This document shows, piece by piece, positions 13,801-28,800 of a DNA stretch of 64,000 nt. The translations under genes were made by a program, and so were the position numbers. Origin of the DNA: Tubulanus polymorphus. Lineage: Eukaryota; Animalia; Nemertea. The DNA is taken from positions 5,560,778 through 5,624,777 of the forward strand of contig NC_134030.1 in assembly GCF_964204645.1 (NCBI RefSeq), given 5' to 3'. The notes under the pieces were generated by a model, which worked only from the letters and a program-made list of their open reading frames with translations, searched no databases and had not been told where the DNA came from. The stretch's first letter is position 1; each line of letters starts with the position of its first letter.

Positions 13801-16800
13801 AGAAATACCGAATGCAGAACTTAATATCACTGAATGAAGAAGTCCCACGCCAGAATTGATAATTAAATTGAATTAATGATTCTGTTGTGGGACTTTTTTA
13901 TTCAACCACAATTTACACGGATTCGAGTGTTTTATTCGACTACTGTATATCATAACGCGCATATTTAGAAAGATATTCTGAACTTGCAAGGCACATAAAT
14001 GTTGTTAGTATGACTGTAATTGGAGGCCACTTCGATTTCTATCGCACTCGTAATCGTTTCTGGATTGGCATCATTTCGAATTCCCGCCATTATAACCCGG
14101 ATGTCTTTGCATTTATGATGAGCCGGTCCCTCAAGGTCAGATTCGGCAAGTGGCGATATAGCTTTGTGTCGTCACGAATTTTAAACCGATTTGACTGGCA
14201 CGTAATACGGCCACGTAATTGTCGTCTTTTTGGCAATTTTTATGTCAGCTTAACGTTTATTATATTGAATTTAAAGAATTTCATTACACGTATAATGTCT
14301 ATGGATTCATACTCCGCCTCCTTCCCATATAGCTGTTATCTAGTTTTTTAGGATGGATTTCAATTGTTCCTATAGCACCATTTCAAGAAGCACAGGCATG
14401 AATTTATAATGCTAATTCTATTTATTGCAGCGTTTTTTATGCCCATCGATCAATCAAACTTTGACGGCCGTCTATCTAGAATCGCAAGGGCTGCCAGTGG
14501 CTATCAACCCGACGAAATCCCTACGCATAGTGCGGTGAACACTCCAAAAGAGTGTTTTCCACATACTGGCCATCCGTCAGACAGGAAGGTTGCAAAAAGT
14601 CTCAAGGTGAGTAAGAAACCTTTTGTTTTCGGACTCCATCGGCATCTTCTATTGTTTACAACCCACTCGACTTGATCTAACGATGGAATGTTGTCTGCAC
14701 GACACTCCGCCCTTCGATGTACTGCTCCTCCTTCGCAAAATCAACTGTATTTGCGTTGTACTTACTGTTGTGTACAGATCAGTGTGTTCGTCTCCATTGT
14801 GAACAAACGTTCAAACGAACCGATGCCACGTTTTCGATAAGTCCAAATTTTGGAGTTTTTTTTTAAAGGAGACCCACATGCACGTTTTATGTATAGAAAT
14901 TGTATAAGTGTATCTTAAACATTTATGACAAATCAACGTGCTGTCAGGCATCCATGGCCATGAATTAATGCATGTATATTCAGAGGTTTCTTGCGTAAAA
15001 ATTGTAGCTTTTATCAATTTTTCTACATGAGTTTTAAATATCTTCTGTAGCTGGTTAGTCTTTACAACTCATGGTTCACGAATCATGTGTATCATAAGGT
15101 GGCACCGTCAGGCTCCTCAGACACAGATTTCCATTTGTGATGAATGTATTTCATGGAAATCGCAATCGAAAGTTTCTCGATTGTAAAAATGATCATTTTC
15201 CCATTACATGTATCATTGGTCAATACGTGATTGCCCGTGGACCGTCCTCTTAGGAAGATGTGTATCGCGCCTTCGCGCACGACGTCCAGATTGAGTTGAC
15301 TTATCGGTCGGCGCGTACCTGTCACCTCGATGGCATCCCAGGAGAAAGATAACCCGTTGACCTCGCCGCAAAAGGCTATGAATCTTATGCTCGTCGTCAC
15401 CGCGTTTTCGTCGTTGTCACAGCGCATCTCGCCCCAGCGCTGAACACCGCCGCAATTTCATCGTTCATTGCACATTAATCGAAAAACGTTCACCGATGCG
15501 CGCACCAAGTTTCGTATCGCACCTTTATGGCGGGCGCTGATTATACACCTTCGTGATTGGTCGATTCGATACGATGAATACTAATTAGACGAGTTCCCGG
15601 ATGTTCAATCAGGCCACTTCCGTCGCCCAGGTGAAGCGAAGTAAATTCATTTCAATTATTTACCGTGTACTGTCGTGCGTGCATTGACGAAAGCTTTTGA
15701 AAATGATTGACAGGTTTGATTATAAACGGCTTTTAATTAATGTATACTGCTCAGCATTTTCGCGCCGTTTCATCTAATCGAAAACTATTTTGATTCAAGT
15801 TTTTGGAAGCTGAAAAACGCCCCAAGGAAACTCCACCCTTTGTATTCGAGTTCAAGATATTGAACCTGATTATTGGTAAGGGTTACAACGTTGTAACATG
15901 TTGTATGCTTTCAATATGCGGATATCATTCTGATCGGAGCGATGGGGAAACTATTCCAATCGTTGCCAATACTCTCCTTTTCCGTCGGATTATTTTATTC
16001 GACGGGGAATCTTCATTTCTTTAAGAGTGATTTGCTCGTACAACTGAAACCGACCATTAATCCGCAATGCGTCCGCTCTGGAGGCTTGATATAATACACG
16101 CCGTGTCCTCGGGGGGGCAGAGTAACAAGGAATAACCCTAATCACCTTTATTCGTTACCAGTCCTCGGGAGAAACACATAAATCTACTTTCGTTTATCAA
16201 CAAATGTCTCCTAAGGCCGGCGTTAAAAGCTTACATTAATTTCATTGACCGATTCGACAATGGCCGCGAATTGGGTTGGATTTACAGTAAACGCGTTCCC
16301 TATTGACGTTTAAAAATAATGTCTTACTCATTAAGACTCGTGTCCTCCGCTGAGGCGTCATCTGGTCCTAGATATCCCGATAGATGAGTATTTATGCAGT
16401 GAATTCTAATTAAAGCACTACTTTAGCGCGAAAACTTCGAGAACATGCAAAACTCCCTTAGTTGTTGATAACCAATCGATTTGGAATTCTGTCCTTTTTC
16501 TAGATGTCGTGAGGGGCAGATTCCTGATGTGGATTTGCGTTTTTGTTGACGTAAATCTCCTCGGGAAAGTTATCCTCAAAATATCCTGGCGTCGACTAAT
16601 TACGTATCGTATTACGAACTAGTTGCGCGATCGCTCACATTCGCGGATGCCGCTATGACATCCAAGTACGACGATCAAAGCGAAATAAACCAAACAAATG
16701 AAACCCGGGAGAGACGCCGGGATCGAACTTGAACACGATTCTGCGTGCTCTTGAAACTGCTGTCGACGCCAGATTTTCTATTAATTGAACCTCGCAACTG

Positions 16801-19800
16801 CTGAGGTTTAATCAGTCTGTATTTGGAGAAGAAAATGTCTCTACGCGGGTGAGGTTATGCCTCTTGTCCTACTTTTTTAAGTACTGCGAAGGTTACGCAA
16901 GGTTAACCCCCAACGCACACTGCTTACGACAACTTAAATTGCATCATTAGCCCCAAAAAGAGCAAAAGCGCATCCCTTCGCGATAAAACTCTGTCTAATA
17001 TGAAATAGTTGAAGTAATCCGTCAAATTAACGTAACTCAGTGAAGGAAAGCGTGGCAATTAGACTCCAATTTGTATAATTGAACTTTATTAAGTCTTGGC
17101 AGTCTATTATTATACAGGAGCTAGTGAAAAAATTGTGCACGCGAGATGCACGGCGACGACGACGACGGCAGATAATCGAATAGGGAGTAAAAAATGTAAT
17201 CGCTGCAAAAAAAGTTCTCTTCCCAATTCGAAAACCATACGAATTCAATTCGAAATGATGGATGTTCGCAATCATGGGACAATTTGATACATTTCCGTTG
17301 CAGGCTCGTGAGCGACTGCGTTGTTTTCAGCGGGAGAGACGCCGGGTCAGGTGTTTTCTCATCCGACGAAAAAAGAACGTCTCTCTCTCTGTTTCTATCG
17401 CCGGGACTCTGCAGCTGAAGTTTTGCATATAATCTACGAAAATTTCGTCGACGGCGACGGCGAGTGAGATCGACCCGCAGGTGTCAACGAAAGGCAACTC
17501 ATTTGTAAAACAATGCATATAAATTAGGGACTCGTCGACTGAGCGGCCGTCGCTGATACGCAGTCACTCGAGGTTCCCATCGAAATAAGGAAATAAGTCG
17601 GTGTCATCTCAACAAAGAATGACCGAGCGGTTACCTTAAAACTACGTGTGTTTGGCTCATCAATCGTTCAGTTTTAATCTGACAATTTCGTATGTGTCAA
17701 AGCCGTGTCAAAAACATTCATATCGGTTGCGGATATAATGACCAAGGATGGGAGTCTTCCTTGGAAAATTATGTACATGTATGCAAACTTCATTGACGCG
17801 GTTAAACTTAAATTTAGTTTCTGAATGCTTTTGAAATCCAGTTCAGTTCACTAAATACCCTTGGAAAATGTTTAAAACTGTCTAAGCATTTGTCTGTTTA
17901 TCATTTCTCTTACTTTCCTAAATGGAAATCGCCTTTCTCGCGTTTTTCACTTCTTCAAACGATATTTTGCGGAGTGGCTTTAACTTAAGGCTCGTCATTA
18001 GCTATTGATGATGTGTACCTTATTGTCTTATCTTCTGCGTGACTCATTGGACTGGTCACCGGATGTTTATGTAATTACGGCTCACTGTATAAAACATCAT
18101 TCAATCTTTTTTGAGCGATCACTTGCGCAATAAGTCCATGAATGTTTGATGGTTCGCTTTTTAGTTCAGTCACTCGTGCAGCGTCGCCTGCCTGCCTACT
18201 CACCGACTCCGGTGATCCGTCAAAATCTCGCGCATTAAGGATGAAGTAACATAAATTTTTTGCTGAAACGATGATGATGGCACTCGATTGTAGCTTGTCT
18301 AAACAATGGATTGTGTAATAGGCAAAGTTGCATGTCTCTTGTCACATCATGTCAGTTTCGAACTGGTGTGATAACATGCAGGATGTCCCTTTTTGTATTG
18401 TCCAATACAATACCGAAAATCGACGTATAACGAAATCGTCATTCGTCATCGAAATTAAATAAAGGGATCCCGTGATCTTGGTTTTCAATATTTCAATTCG
18501 CAGCTGGTTGATAAAAGACCTTTTAAGGGTTTTTTCATTTTTTTTTTTCATTTTCCTATACGATGAAGCAGTTCGGACAGTTCTACAGTCGCGACGCTTG
18601 AACTGCAGGCAGAGCCGGGCGAAGTTGATTAGCGATTCATTACTGTACGCATTACGTGTAACATTTGGAAGATCACGGTGTATGACAAACATTTATCAAG
18701 CGTTATCGATAAAAAAAGATGCCCTCAATAGACGACACACACGTAGTCACGCATATTAAAATCGATACTCGTCATTTTTTACTGTACATAATTTTGTCGT
18801 TTGAAAACGAGATGGGAGTGACAGATGTCTGTATTTGTTAGAGCGTGCTTATTAACATTAATATATCGTAGTATATAGTATGTTTGGGACGTTTAGAATA
18901 GAGTCCTTCGTCACATTTCGATGGTAAATATTTACGCGCATATTTGCGTATGAAAATCGACGTGAATTGGTTGAAGAATCCAGTGTAAACTTACCGGGTA
19001 CTACGTGAGTATCAACGCGTATTGTTTCTAGATTAGCATTTATGGAAAAAATTCATTTTAGTCATCGTTGTAATGATTTTACTACGATACAATAGCCGAG
19101 GCATGCAGCTCGTTCGGGATCTTATTGCCAGATGGCGACACTGTCTCAATCTGTTTGAATAATGAACTGTTTATTATATGCTTTTATTGCACCAACTCAT
19201 TATTTCGTATCATTTGCTGATATTTATATGAATTATGTAGAGGTATTTTATATTCGTTTATTTTCGAAAAATTCCTAAGAAATATTATTGTATTCGAGCT
19301 ACGCTGTAATATTTTCAAATACATTTTCTTTATATCCTACCTACACTCCTACATATATACTCGTGGGGCCATTTTTCAAAAGCGAAATAATTTTGTGATC
19401 GAAATATGGTCTGTGTTTAATTTCGAACATCCAGGACAAACTCTGAGGACAATGCTATTAATGCAGACGCAATACCCGAGACGTTTCATTTAGGATGATT
19501 TACGACAACTCGTGTCGTTGGTTCGACGACGAATTAGATTTATCATCGAAAATACGTAACTATGTATCGAATTGGGGGGTACAAGGATATACACAAGGGG
19601 TCAAATGGTTTGATCGCCAGTCGCCCCGGCGTGGTGAGTCAGAAAGGTCCCTCGATTGTGGTACGCATTAATCATGTTCCGGGTTCATTGGTTGTCAGTA
19701 AAACCACCCATTGGTAACGAACATGTGACAAGGGACATATGAGCGGATGCGTAGGCCGGTTTTTTTTTCTTTTTCAAAATCGTCCGCAAATGGAAGTAAA

Positions 19801-22800
19801 TCTTCGAAGCCAGATATTCGAGTTTGTGTATGGAAATCCGGGTTCGATTTGTATATCGAAATTTTTCAACACCACAAGATATTTTAGAGTGGTGGCCATC
19901 GCCTCACTTTTACATTCAACCCTCTGAAAATCAGCCACCCCTGTTAAAATATCCACTGCCCCTCTATGTATTAAGTCGATGTCAACATTCTATCAACGCT
20001 TACAACGAAGATTGCTCTGTAAACTAGCTGGAAAATAGCTGACTACGCCAAAATTGAGCTTAATTTTCTGTATTTTTGCGGTAGCCTAAAGCTTAGCTAC
20101 TTCTCAGCGGCCTTAATGTTTACACTGGAAAATGAATGCAGCCCCTCTAAAACCCCAGCGTATAGAGGACACTGAACATAATCTACATTTCTAAAGGAAA
20201 GTGTGGAATTCTCGCGATAAACATATTGTTATCTTTCACCGAATGGCGTATATCTGCGGAATCTTCATCTGTTGTATAACGACGGTAGCACATCGACCGT
20301 GTTGCCGAGCCCGCGCTATCGGGGCTGCAACGACGCCGCTATCGGTCCATCAATCGTCGCCGATGTCGAAAGACTGACCCTCGGTTTAATTATCTTCACT
20401 TGTGAAACACAACAACTGTCAAGCGACTGGAATCAGCTAGTGACACCCCGATACAAGGCTAACTAACACCGACGGTAATGGCCTGGCACGAAAACCGCCG
20501 AATAGGAATAACTTATTAGTTTGCTCGGCACGACATTTTGACAGTTACGAGGCCTGATAAGAATTACAATTTCAGCACGGCCACGTTCTGACACATCGAT
20601 CAACTAGTTCCAAAACCTAAGCCTACAATTCTGCTGTTGACGAAGACACCGGCTGTCAATAGCATCATTATCCAGTCGTATTTCGGAATATCGAATTTTG
20701 CATCATATCACTTCAAAATGCGCCGATTTAGAACGTGGTTATTCAAAAAAGCATTTAATGCGTCTACAATTGGCTGTTTTGCGTTGAAGGGTGTTAATTT
20801 TCGACTCGCATGTTGTCCGTCAGTTCATTTCGATCGGACGAGAGTCGAACAGAATGAAATCAGCAGATTTCACCACTCGAAACCTTGACTTTTTCAATAA
20901 TGCATCGTTCGAATGTAGTTTAACCAGAAAATAATCGCCGTCGAACGCCGATAATGTCGTTCGAACATGTGATTCGGTCATTTATTTCCACCTTACGTGT
21001 CGGACTTGGCACCGACGTTTTCAATCATTCGTGATTCTGACATGATTCCCCGTCTATAAAAACTCGGCCGCCGGTTGAATTTTTAAGTTAAGTTTCTCGC
21101 CTCGAGGGCGTGTAACGATATATGGTCACGATATACCACCAGCGCCCGAATATATAGAAATACCACAACCGAGCTTTATTTCTGTTTTGGAAAAGAAAAA
21201 TCTCACGCTCGTCATTTTGATCGTGTAACCTTCCTGATCGAGTGGGAAATTTAAGTCTCGGTTCAATTTCAAGGTCGACGCGGGGCCGGATAACTGTCGG
21301 AACAATAGGATTCGAATTACTAGTATAAGTAAGTATGATTAATGGTAACCGAATGTAAATGACGTTGTTTTGTCGGCTCGAATACATTTCCCAAATGCGA
21401 CACGGCGTGGCTCGGTATGGGATACTTTACATGTATTTATCGTGACATTCCAGCTCTCTATTTTCGATTTGATTGATTTGCCTTTTTCTATATCAATCTA
21501 GAGTATAATTTGATGGAAAGGTTTGACAGAAACCTGTACATTGTTGCCTGCTTTTGTGAAATAAAGTCACTCGTATCGACTATGAATATTTCTAAACGCT
21601 TCAGATGTGGGGATGGCTTTGATTTTTTCATCAGCCAATTATGTCGCTGATTGAAGTGACTCATCCTCGTCTGTCCGGTTCATCAACGCAAAATTCCATT
21701 GTCAATACTCCAATCGGGGTTTAATAATGGTTTCCATGGCGACAACATCCGCGAGCGTGACGTCACTGCGTTCCCTCCCCTGCGAGTGTGCGCTGTAATG
21801 ACGCTGCATTCATATCAAATGGCACTGGTGACGGAAGAAAGAATAGTTAAGCGCGGCCGCGTCATGATCGCGGCATTTGAAATATTTAATAACTGTCCGT
21901 TCGGTCTTGTCAGGAACGCTGTCCCATCTCCGGAAACGGCCGTCAATCAGACGAACTGAACGCAGGCAATGTAAAGCCGATTATTCATAATTATTGCGTC
22001 GTGATTTCTGCAGAACCATCCTTCACCGGAGTCCTCCTTGTCGCAGACGCCGTCACATTCTTCGAATTGTGATCGGCACGGGGTAAAAAAATCGGTCGAG
22101 TTTTGTGCCCACACGTCGTTTGCGACAGACAACAAAGAAAACAAACCCCCGCAGAGATTTTTCGACATTTTATAACATCGAAAGCCGTACGTTTTCGTGC
22201 TCAGATTCACTTTTTTGAGCGCAAAATATTCGATGATATCAAAAATTGCTGTTGAGCTAGTGAAAACACTTGCCCCTATACCAGCAGTGAAACGGCTGGA
22301 ATATGAACCCTTTGAAGTGACAGATAAAGTAAACCGTTGGCGTACATCTGCGGCAAGTTACTGTTTGAAGAGAAAACCAACCGCTGCAAACCGCAGCTAC
22401 GTATATATAACAGCTGCATATTTGCTGTACTAAATGAAAAAACTGTCGCGCCATGTTGTAAATAAATATCATCGTCAAACATCGTATGATCTTCACTAGT
22501 CATATAGTGATAGACGTAAGTCGAAGCTCGGAGAACGAAGAGAAAATATGTACAGATCGGTAATAAACGAAGTCCGAGTTCACGATCGGAAAATACGTTT
22601 GGAAGTCAGAAATTATTTTGCTGTTGGTCGAGTTAGGCGGAAATCTGAGTAAGGCAAAGTTTGCTATCGCGAAATGGATTCGAGGGAAAAGCATCGTTAT
22701 ATTTTGCGCAGATCAAGACCCGAGCCTTTGAAGCGATACACCGTGACCTACATTCGCGTTTAAACTTGAGAAAACGAAAAATTTATTGGAACTTATTTCT

Positions 22801-25800
22801 GAGATTACACAGCGCTCGATGATTCGTTTTGACTTCGGTTTTATAGTTCGGGGAAAATCTTTAAAACGACCATCCCGACTTTTGTACATGAAGTTCGTTG
22901 AAATTCCTTCGCAGATGGGTTGGAATTTTGCTTTGTAGCGAAAATATTTCGAGGCGCTCTTTTCTTTTGGCTGGACCTTGGAGAGTCGCAATATTTAAAC
23001 CATATATCATCGCCAAAGTTGACAACTCGCATGAAAAGCCGACCTGTTACGGTACGGTGCATAGCTATTGCGGTCTTGGTGAAAAGCGTTGACTTGGTGA
23101 ACTCGAGACACGATCCCGCATAAGACACCTTTGTAAGGCAACCTAAATGCGCACAAAGCCTAACAAGCCGTCAAAGATTTCACCCCGAATGGCGTGTTCA
23201 CCTTCAAAGCGATGCCGTTCTGATTTGATACTATGTCAGTCAGAAAGTCGATCGCTTAGAGACCTAGTGGGGTGTGGGACACCTCTGACGGGCTTATGCG
23301 ATTAAAATGTTCGCTGAAGGCCTTTTTATCGCGTTTTATATTGGCCACCTGTATACTTTGTAGAATGGCTCGGATAAAAAAGCAGATCTCGAATGTAGAT
23401 AGAAAATGCTTTGAAAATGCTTTTTTAATTCATTTATCAAAACCAATTTGAGTAAAACGTTTAAACCACGTTAATAGTTACCCTTTCACAGAATCATGTG
23501 CAGAATTTTTCGATTTGAATCAACCCGGGTTTTTTTTTTCATTCGTAATATACGAATGACCAAAAAAATTCATGACGGAAATGGATGTCTGAAAATCAGT
23601 GAACTGCGTTTCTGGTGGCATTTCGCATCATTTCCGGAGTTCGTTTCGATAGGTTTCGTTGAGGTGTTCTTTCCTCCAGACGGTGATAGTTAGCGATACT
23701 ATCGCAACCGGTGACTGGGCGAAATGACAGGACTTAGCGATAAATTAACAATAGACCATCAGATTGACTGAGATACGTATCGGTGGTCAGTCCGGATGCA
23801 ATCTTAATTCCTCGATCAGCGTCGTAAATCCCATTGCAGGTCGGCATTTTATACGAGCGAAAAGTTCACTGGCTGGACAGGTCAATGAAATGTTTCGCGC
23901 TAGAAAAGTTTGGAAAGTCACCAGCAATCACAATTCCATGTTGACTACAGTAAACCTCACAAACCTCGGATACTACCAACTCGGACAACAACAAAACTAT
24001 TTTGCAACTTTCTGAAATGTTTTTATTGGACTTCGCTTTACGGCCATTTTGTCGATCCCTGTATGAGTTAGACAAGGCTTATTGTTAGTGCTATATTTCA
24101 GACAGTGTTAGGATTTGATCTTTAGCGTAGATTTGATCGAAGACGACTTTTTCATCGATATTAAGTCTTGACTCAGACGTTGACTTTTAAGCCAGTCAAC
24201 TTTTTTCAACCAGACGCCCGTCGTCGGTGTCGGCGGCTTCTTTTGAAGAAAATGATAATTCGCGACTGGTGATGCGTCATCCTTACTCAACGTTGCTCTA
24301 TCATTTCCTGCAATGTTGACAGCTGCCCGGCGTTAAACACTGCAGTTATTACCCGACCGGCTTTTGTTTTTTCTCTTCCTATCTCTCGTCTACCGTGAGA
24401 ATCAATTTCTAAATGACCAGTTATCTTCGCAGCATCCGCATCGTTCTGTCTTTGTCTCGGCGAATTGATCAGATCAGTCGTCGTGTTGCATCGAGTCGTT
24501 TTTGTACGAATTGTCTCTGATTTCAGAACAATGCCAAGTTATACATCGACACCTTTCGTATGTTGCTTTATGCGTTTGCCAAAGCAGTTATCAAATCTTA
24601 GAAATCGAATGCATTTACTCCGCATTCATTTATACCCCAAAAAACAAAAAGAAAACAATGCTTGACAAAAGGGACAGGACGGTCAAGTTTTTTTTCGAAA
24701 GACCACTTGCAGTCTCTTTCTCCGCTCTCTTACGCATGCTTTTAGGATCGCATCCCTACGGATATTTTACAGTGTCAACACGCCTGGTTCACTCATTTGA
24801 GCGGAAAATGAGGATTATTCCCTTTGGCAACGAAAGCTTTTCACGCCGGTGAAAGTTGGATCGCGTGTCATAATGTTATGACATGCTTGATAACGAACGA
24901 AAAACTCGCCACTCAGACATTCAGTCTTTAATAATCTCGGCCGAAGGCGTTTTCGCGTATCAATCGATATGTTTACGATGGAAAATGACAGGTCGCCCTG
25001 TTATTCTGGTGACGCTGCACGTTTTAGTCACTAATCAAGAAATTTGAATATTCTTCCTTATCACGCAGCGCGAGACCGACTGAGTATTCAACTGTGGCCT
25101 AAATGACGCCTCAAATCGCTCGACGAACCCTCGGGATTCTCGTTTCGTTTGCCACTTCGAAAACAATCATGAAGCTCGAGTTAAAAATGTCATGGTTCCT
25201 CGGCACGACTGAGTGAAATGCTGGTTTACTAAAATATGTTCGTGACTTCCCTTATTAGTTACGCGATCTTATAGTTCATCAATCCAGCTTTCTGCCTTTT
25301 ATTTTGGTGTTGTTTGACGTCCTCGATTGTAGCGAGTTCCTGTGAACTTTCAAAGACATTTTGCATGATAAAATCTGCATTTTGTGTTCGCGGAGAAAGA
25401 GATATCGATATGTATCGATATGAAGTCGCCTGGAAGTGACTTAGTTTTTAACGACGTTTTCGCGTGCGGTCACGAACGAGGAAATGATAGGTTTCAGTTT
25501 CAATTGAAATCGCATGTTATGACCATCAACTATTATTTGAATATGGAATACATCGTCGGGTATACTATAACCCGATTGTTACCTTCAAATATACGTGGCT
25601 AATTAGAAAATGGCTAATTTTATGAAAATTACATGTTCGATAATGGCATGATCCTTGCTCTATGCCTTAGATCTGCAGGTGTTCTATAGCTTTGTGGCTT
25701 TTTACTTCTTTGAATATTATTTTCAGTTTATGAAGAAACATCTCATTTAAGGTGGTATTGCCGTCACCAGCCATCTGGTTATTTCATAGTTTTTCGTTGT

Positions 25801-28800
25801 CATGTTTCAGAATGTAAATTACAAGATTCGATGATTCCAGTTAAGGTTTGCCTCTGGCTATAGTTTAAAGGTTTAGAAATCTGAAATCTTAGAGCAATTT
25901 ATCCTTGTCCAAAGTGTGAACTTGTCACAAAGACTAGGTGGCTTACGGGGCTGCACACACGACAGATGTACCGGCGATGAGGGCGTTTTTGCCGGCAGCC
26001 CTGCCCGTTGTCTTGCTGTGGGCCATTTTAACGGGAGCCGCCAACTTCAAACCTACCGCGGTCACCTTCATGTGAAGGGTGCAATTGTCGACCAACTAGC
26101 GACTGACACGACAGAGATAAATGAAGTCTAGTGTCGCTCTCAAAAGAGCGACGGGGTCATTAGCTAACCTGTTCCTTTCATGACTCCCTCGGACGCCCGC
26201 GTCGATATTCGGTGCCTGGGAAACATTTTTCTTCACAAATCCAGTACATTTTCGGACAGAAATTTTCCTTTTTAAATAACGGAAAAAGACATTCGACTTT
26301 TCGACTTTGTCACCTTGAAATATTTTGTCCACTTAAACCTGCTTGTAAAAACAAGGACGTAGGGCAAATATATTTTCTCCACGATACTCATATGAAATGG
26401 AATAGAAAGTACTTACGGATGGTCACACTGAAGTACACGTTATCCTATATAGAATGTCCGTTCATATCTTCGTGCTGAAGACGTATCAAATGCCGGTGAA
26501 CCACAACGTCCAAGATGGAAACAGGGCTCGCCTGTGTCGGTCGGAAGTATAAACTACGGCTATGTTTTGTCGGCACTTTGAGCTTGGTAGTAAAGAGTCA
26601 TTAATTTTAATCGTACTTGATAGCTCTGACCCTCATGATGGATGATCAACCAAAGTGCCCCCATACAGCTTTTTACACATATGGCACAGTATTATCCCGT
26701 GCGAAGCGTAGAATAAGGCCAAGAATGGACCGAAGTTCAACAGGCGGGAAGAAATTCCGTTTCTACGGAATTTCGAAACGTTAGATTTCTAGGGCAGTTT
26801 CGCAACTGGGAACCATTCGTTGATGACTGAAACTGATATTTATCGGGTTGGATGCTTCATGAACAAAACCATTCGAATCGAATAATTCTGGTACTTGATG
26901 GCGAGGGGCTCGTTTTCCTTGGCCTAATGACTTCGCCAAGAAAACAGATGACGAATTGATTCAAAGGATGCCGAAGCTTTTTTTCAAAGATAAACCAACC
27001 GTTCGGATATTCAGAGCGTATAGAGACAATAGTCGATTCTGGGGGGATGTTTTAGGGCTTAGTGAATAGTCGAAATAAAAGCCTGTCGCTCAATAGAAAA
27101 TCGTCAAAATCGCTTTTAAACAATGGACGATTCGGTTGCGATCAGGGAAGATAAATTACCGTTCGATGCAGTTTGCCTGTACGACGTGCGGATTTATATA
27201 TCGAGCTCGCCGATTAAAAAGGCATCGGTGTCACGGTGACGTCGTAAAAGATGAAAAATGAAGGCCCTACCCGCATGGGGCCCGGTGTCTGTGCCGAAGT
27301 CGCAATATATATGGCCGAGTCGATAGCAAGACAATAAAAAAGTGGTCGTTACGACTTGTTCGATGGGCGCCTTGCTGTCAAACCGCAACTAAACTAATGT
27401 TAATGACCGTTCGCGTTACGATGATAAATGTCCCACGTTTGAAACATAGTCCCTACTCCCACTCTCGTTACAAACAGTTCGCCAGGAAAGCAAGCACCGA
27501 CACGCATACCACTTCGTAAAATCGGGGAAAATTATAACCATCGCTCGGTATAGTTGGAATAATACCGCCTCATTCCTCGTACATTCTCTAATACTAGTAG
27601 ATGCGGGGCTTCGCTAGTTTTTGTATAGTAACGGTTCGTTCGTGAAAAGTGTTCGGAGATATCATTATGAATAAACGTTTGCGTAGATATATCGATAGAT
27701 ACACGTATACAGATATGGATATCCTACAATGGGAGCTGCGCTTACATCCTCTATGATGATGATGGCGATGATGGCCATCGCGGTTGTTGTTGTTGTTGTT
27801 CGGTAAGTATGCGGCGAAAAGAGATCGACACGTAGTACATCTTTTCGTGTTGTCGGTCGACAATATTCGGCTACGAAAATTGTTGATCGTATACTCTTGT
27901 AGAATCATTTTCAGACCGATCGTAGAATAATAATACACGATGATTGAGGGATAGATAAGCTATTGGATCATGAGAGAGCATGTGGCCGGGTATGTCAGCT
28001 TTCTCGTATCTCATATGCCGTTTGATAAAGCGTATTGTAACATTTGGCCGATGGTTCCGCGTTATCTAATCGATTCGTCGAGAATTTTGATAGATATGTA
28101 GGCGAAACGCTTTGATGGTCAGCCGGCCCTGTTGTACGCGCCGGTTTATATTTATACGACTATGATCATAATAGCACACACGTGCCCCCCGCGCGAAATG
28201 GATTCATATTCTCGTTTCGTACAGGTGAAAACTAATTACAAGTCGTTCTCGATTCTATAATATCGAGTTTATGAGTTTTCCAGGCACCGGTTAAAGACCG
28301 GTATTGCATCATCGGCACGCGCGCGGTTAATTAACCTTATCTAGACGTGCGAATAAGCGCCTTTGTTCGTCGTCGGCCTAGGCGCGAGAAATAGGAAAGT
28401 CATTCACAGTTATATCGTGCAGAACCAGATTATTCATCATATTATGGCAAATCAGAGTTCCTTTTGATTCGCTATAACCGATTGCTTTCTAATTTTCTTT
28501 TTATGGAATTCCTTTTCACAAAACAGCAGAGCGCGCTAAATCTAGAAAAAATCATATCTAGGTAATGTTCGGTATTATATAAGCGAAAAGAAAAGTACAT
28601 ATTGGCGGACTACCTGACGCTGTAGTTGCGCCGTTACAATAGTTCGGTGTCTCAGTCCCAGGACACCGTAAGCCATTTGATTGGCGACGTACAGTCCGTT
28701 GTCTAATCCGCGCGGTTTATCAATAGATGTGATCTGCAAATGGGAGAAGAGATAATTGTAACTAAAGCGTACATTTACTGACGTAAACACGAAGCCAATT

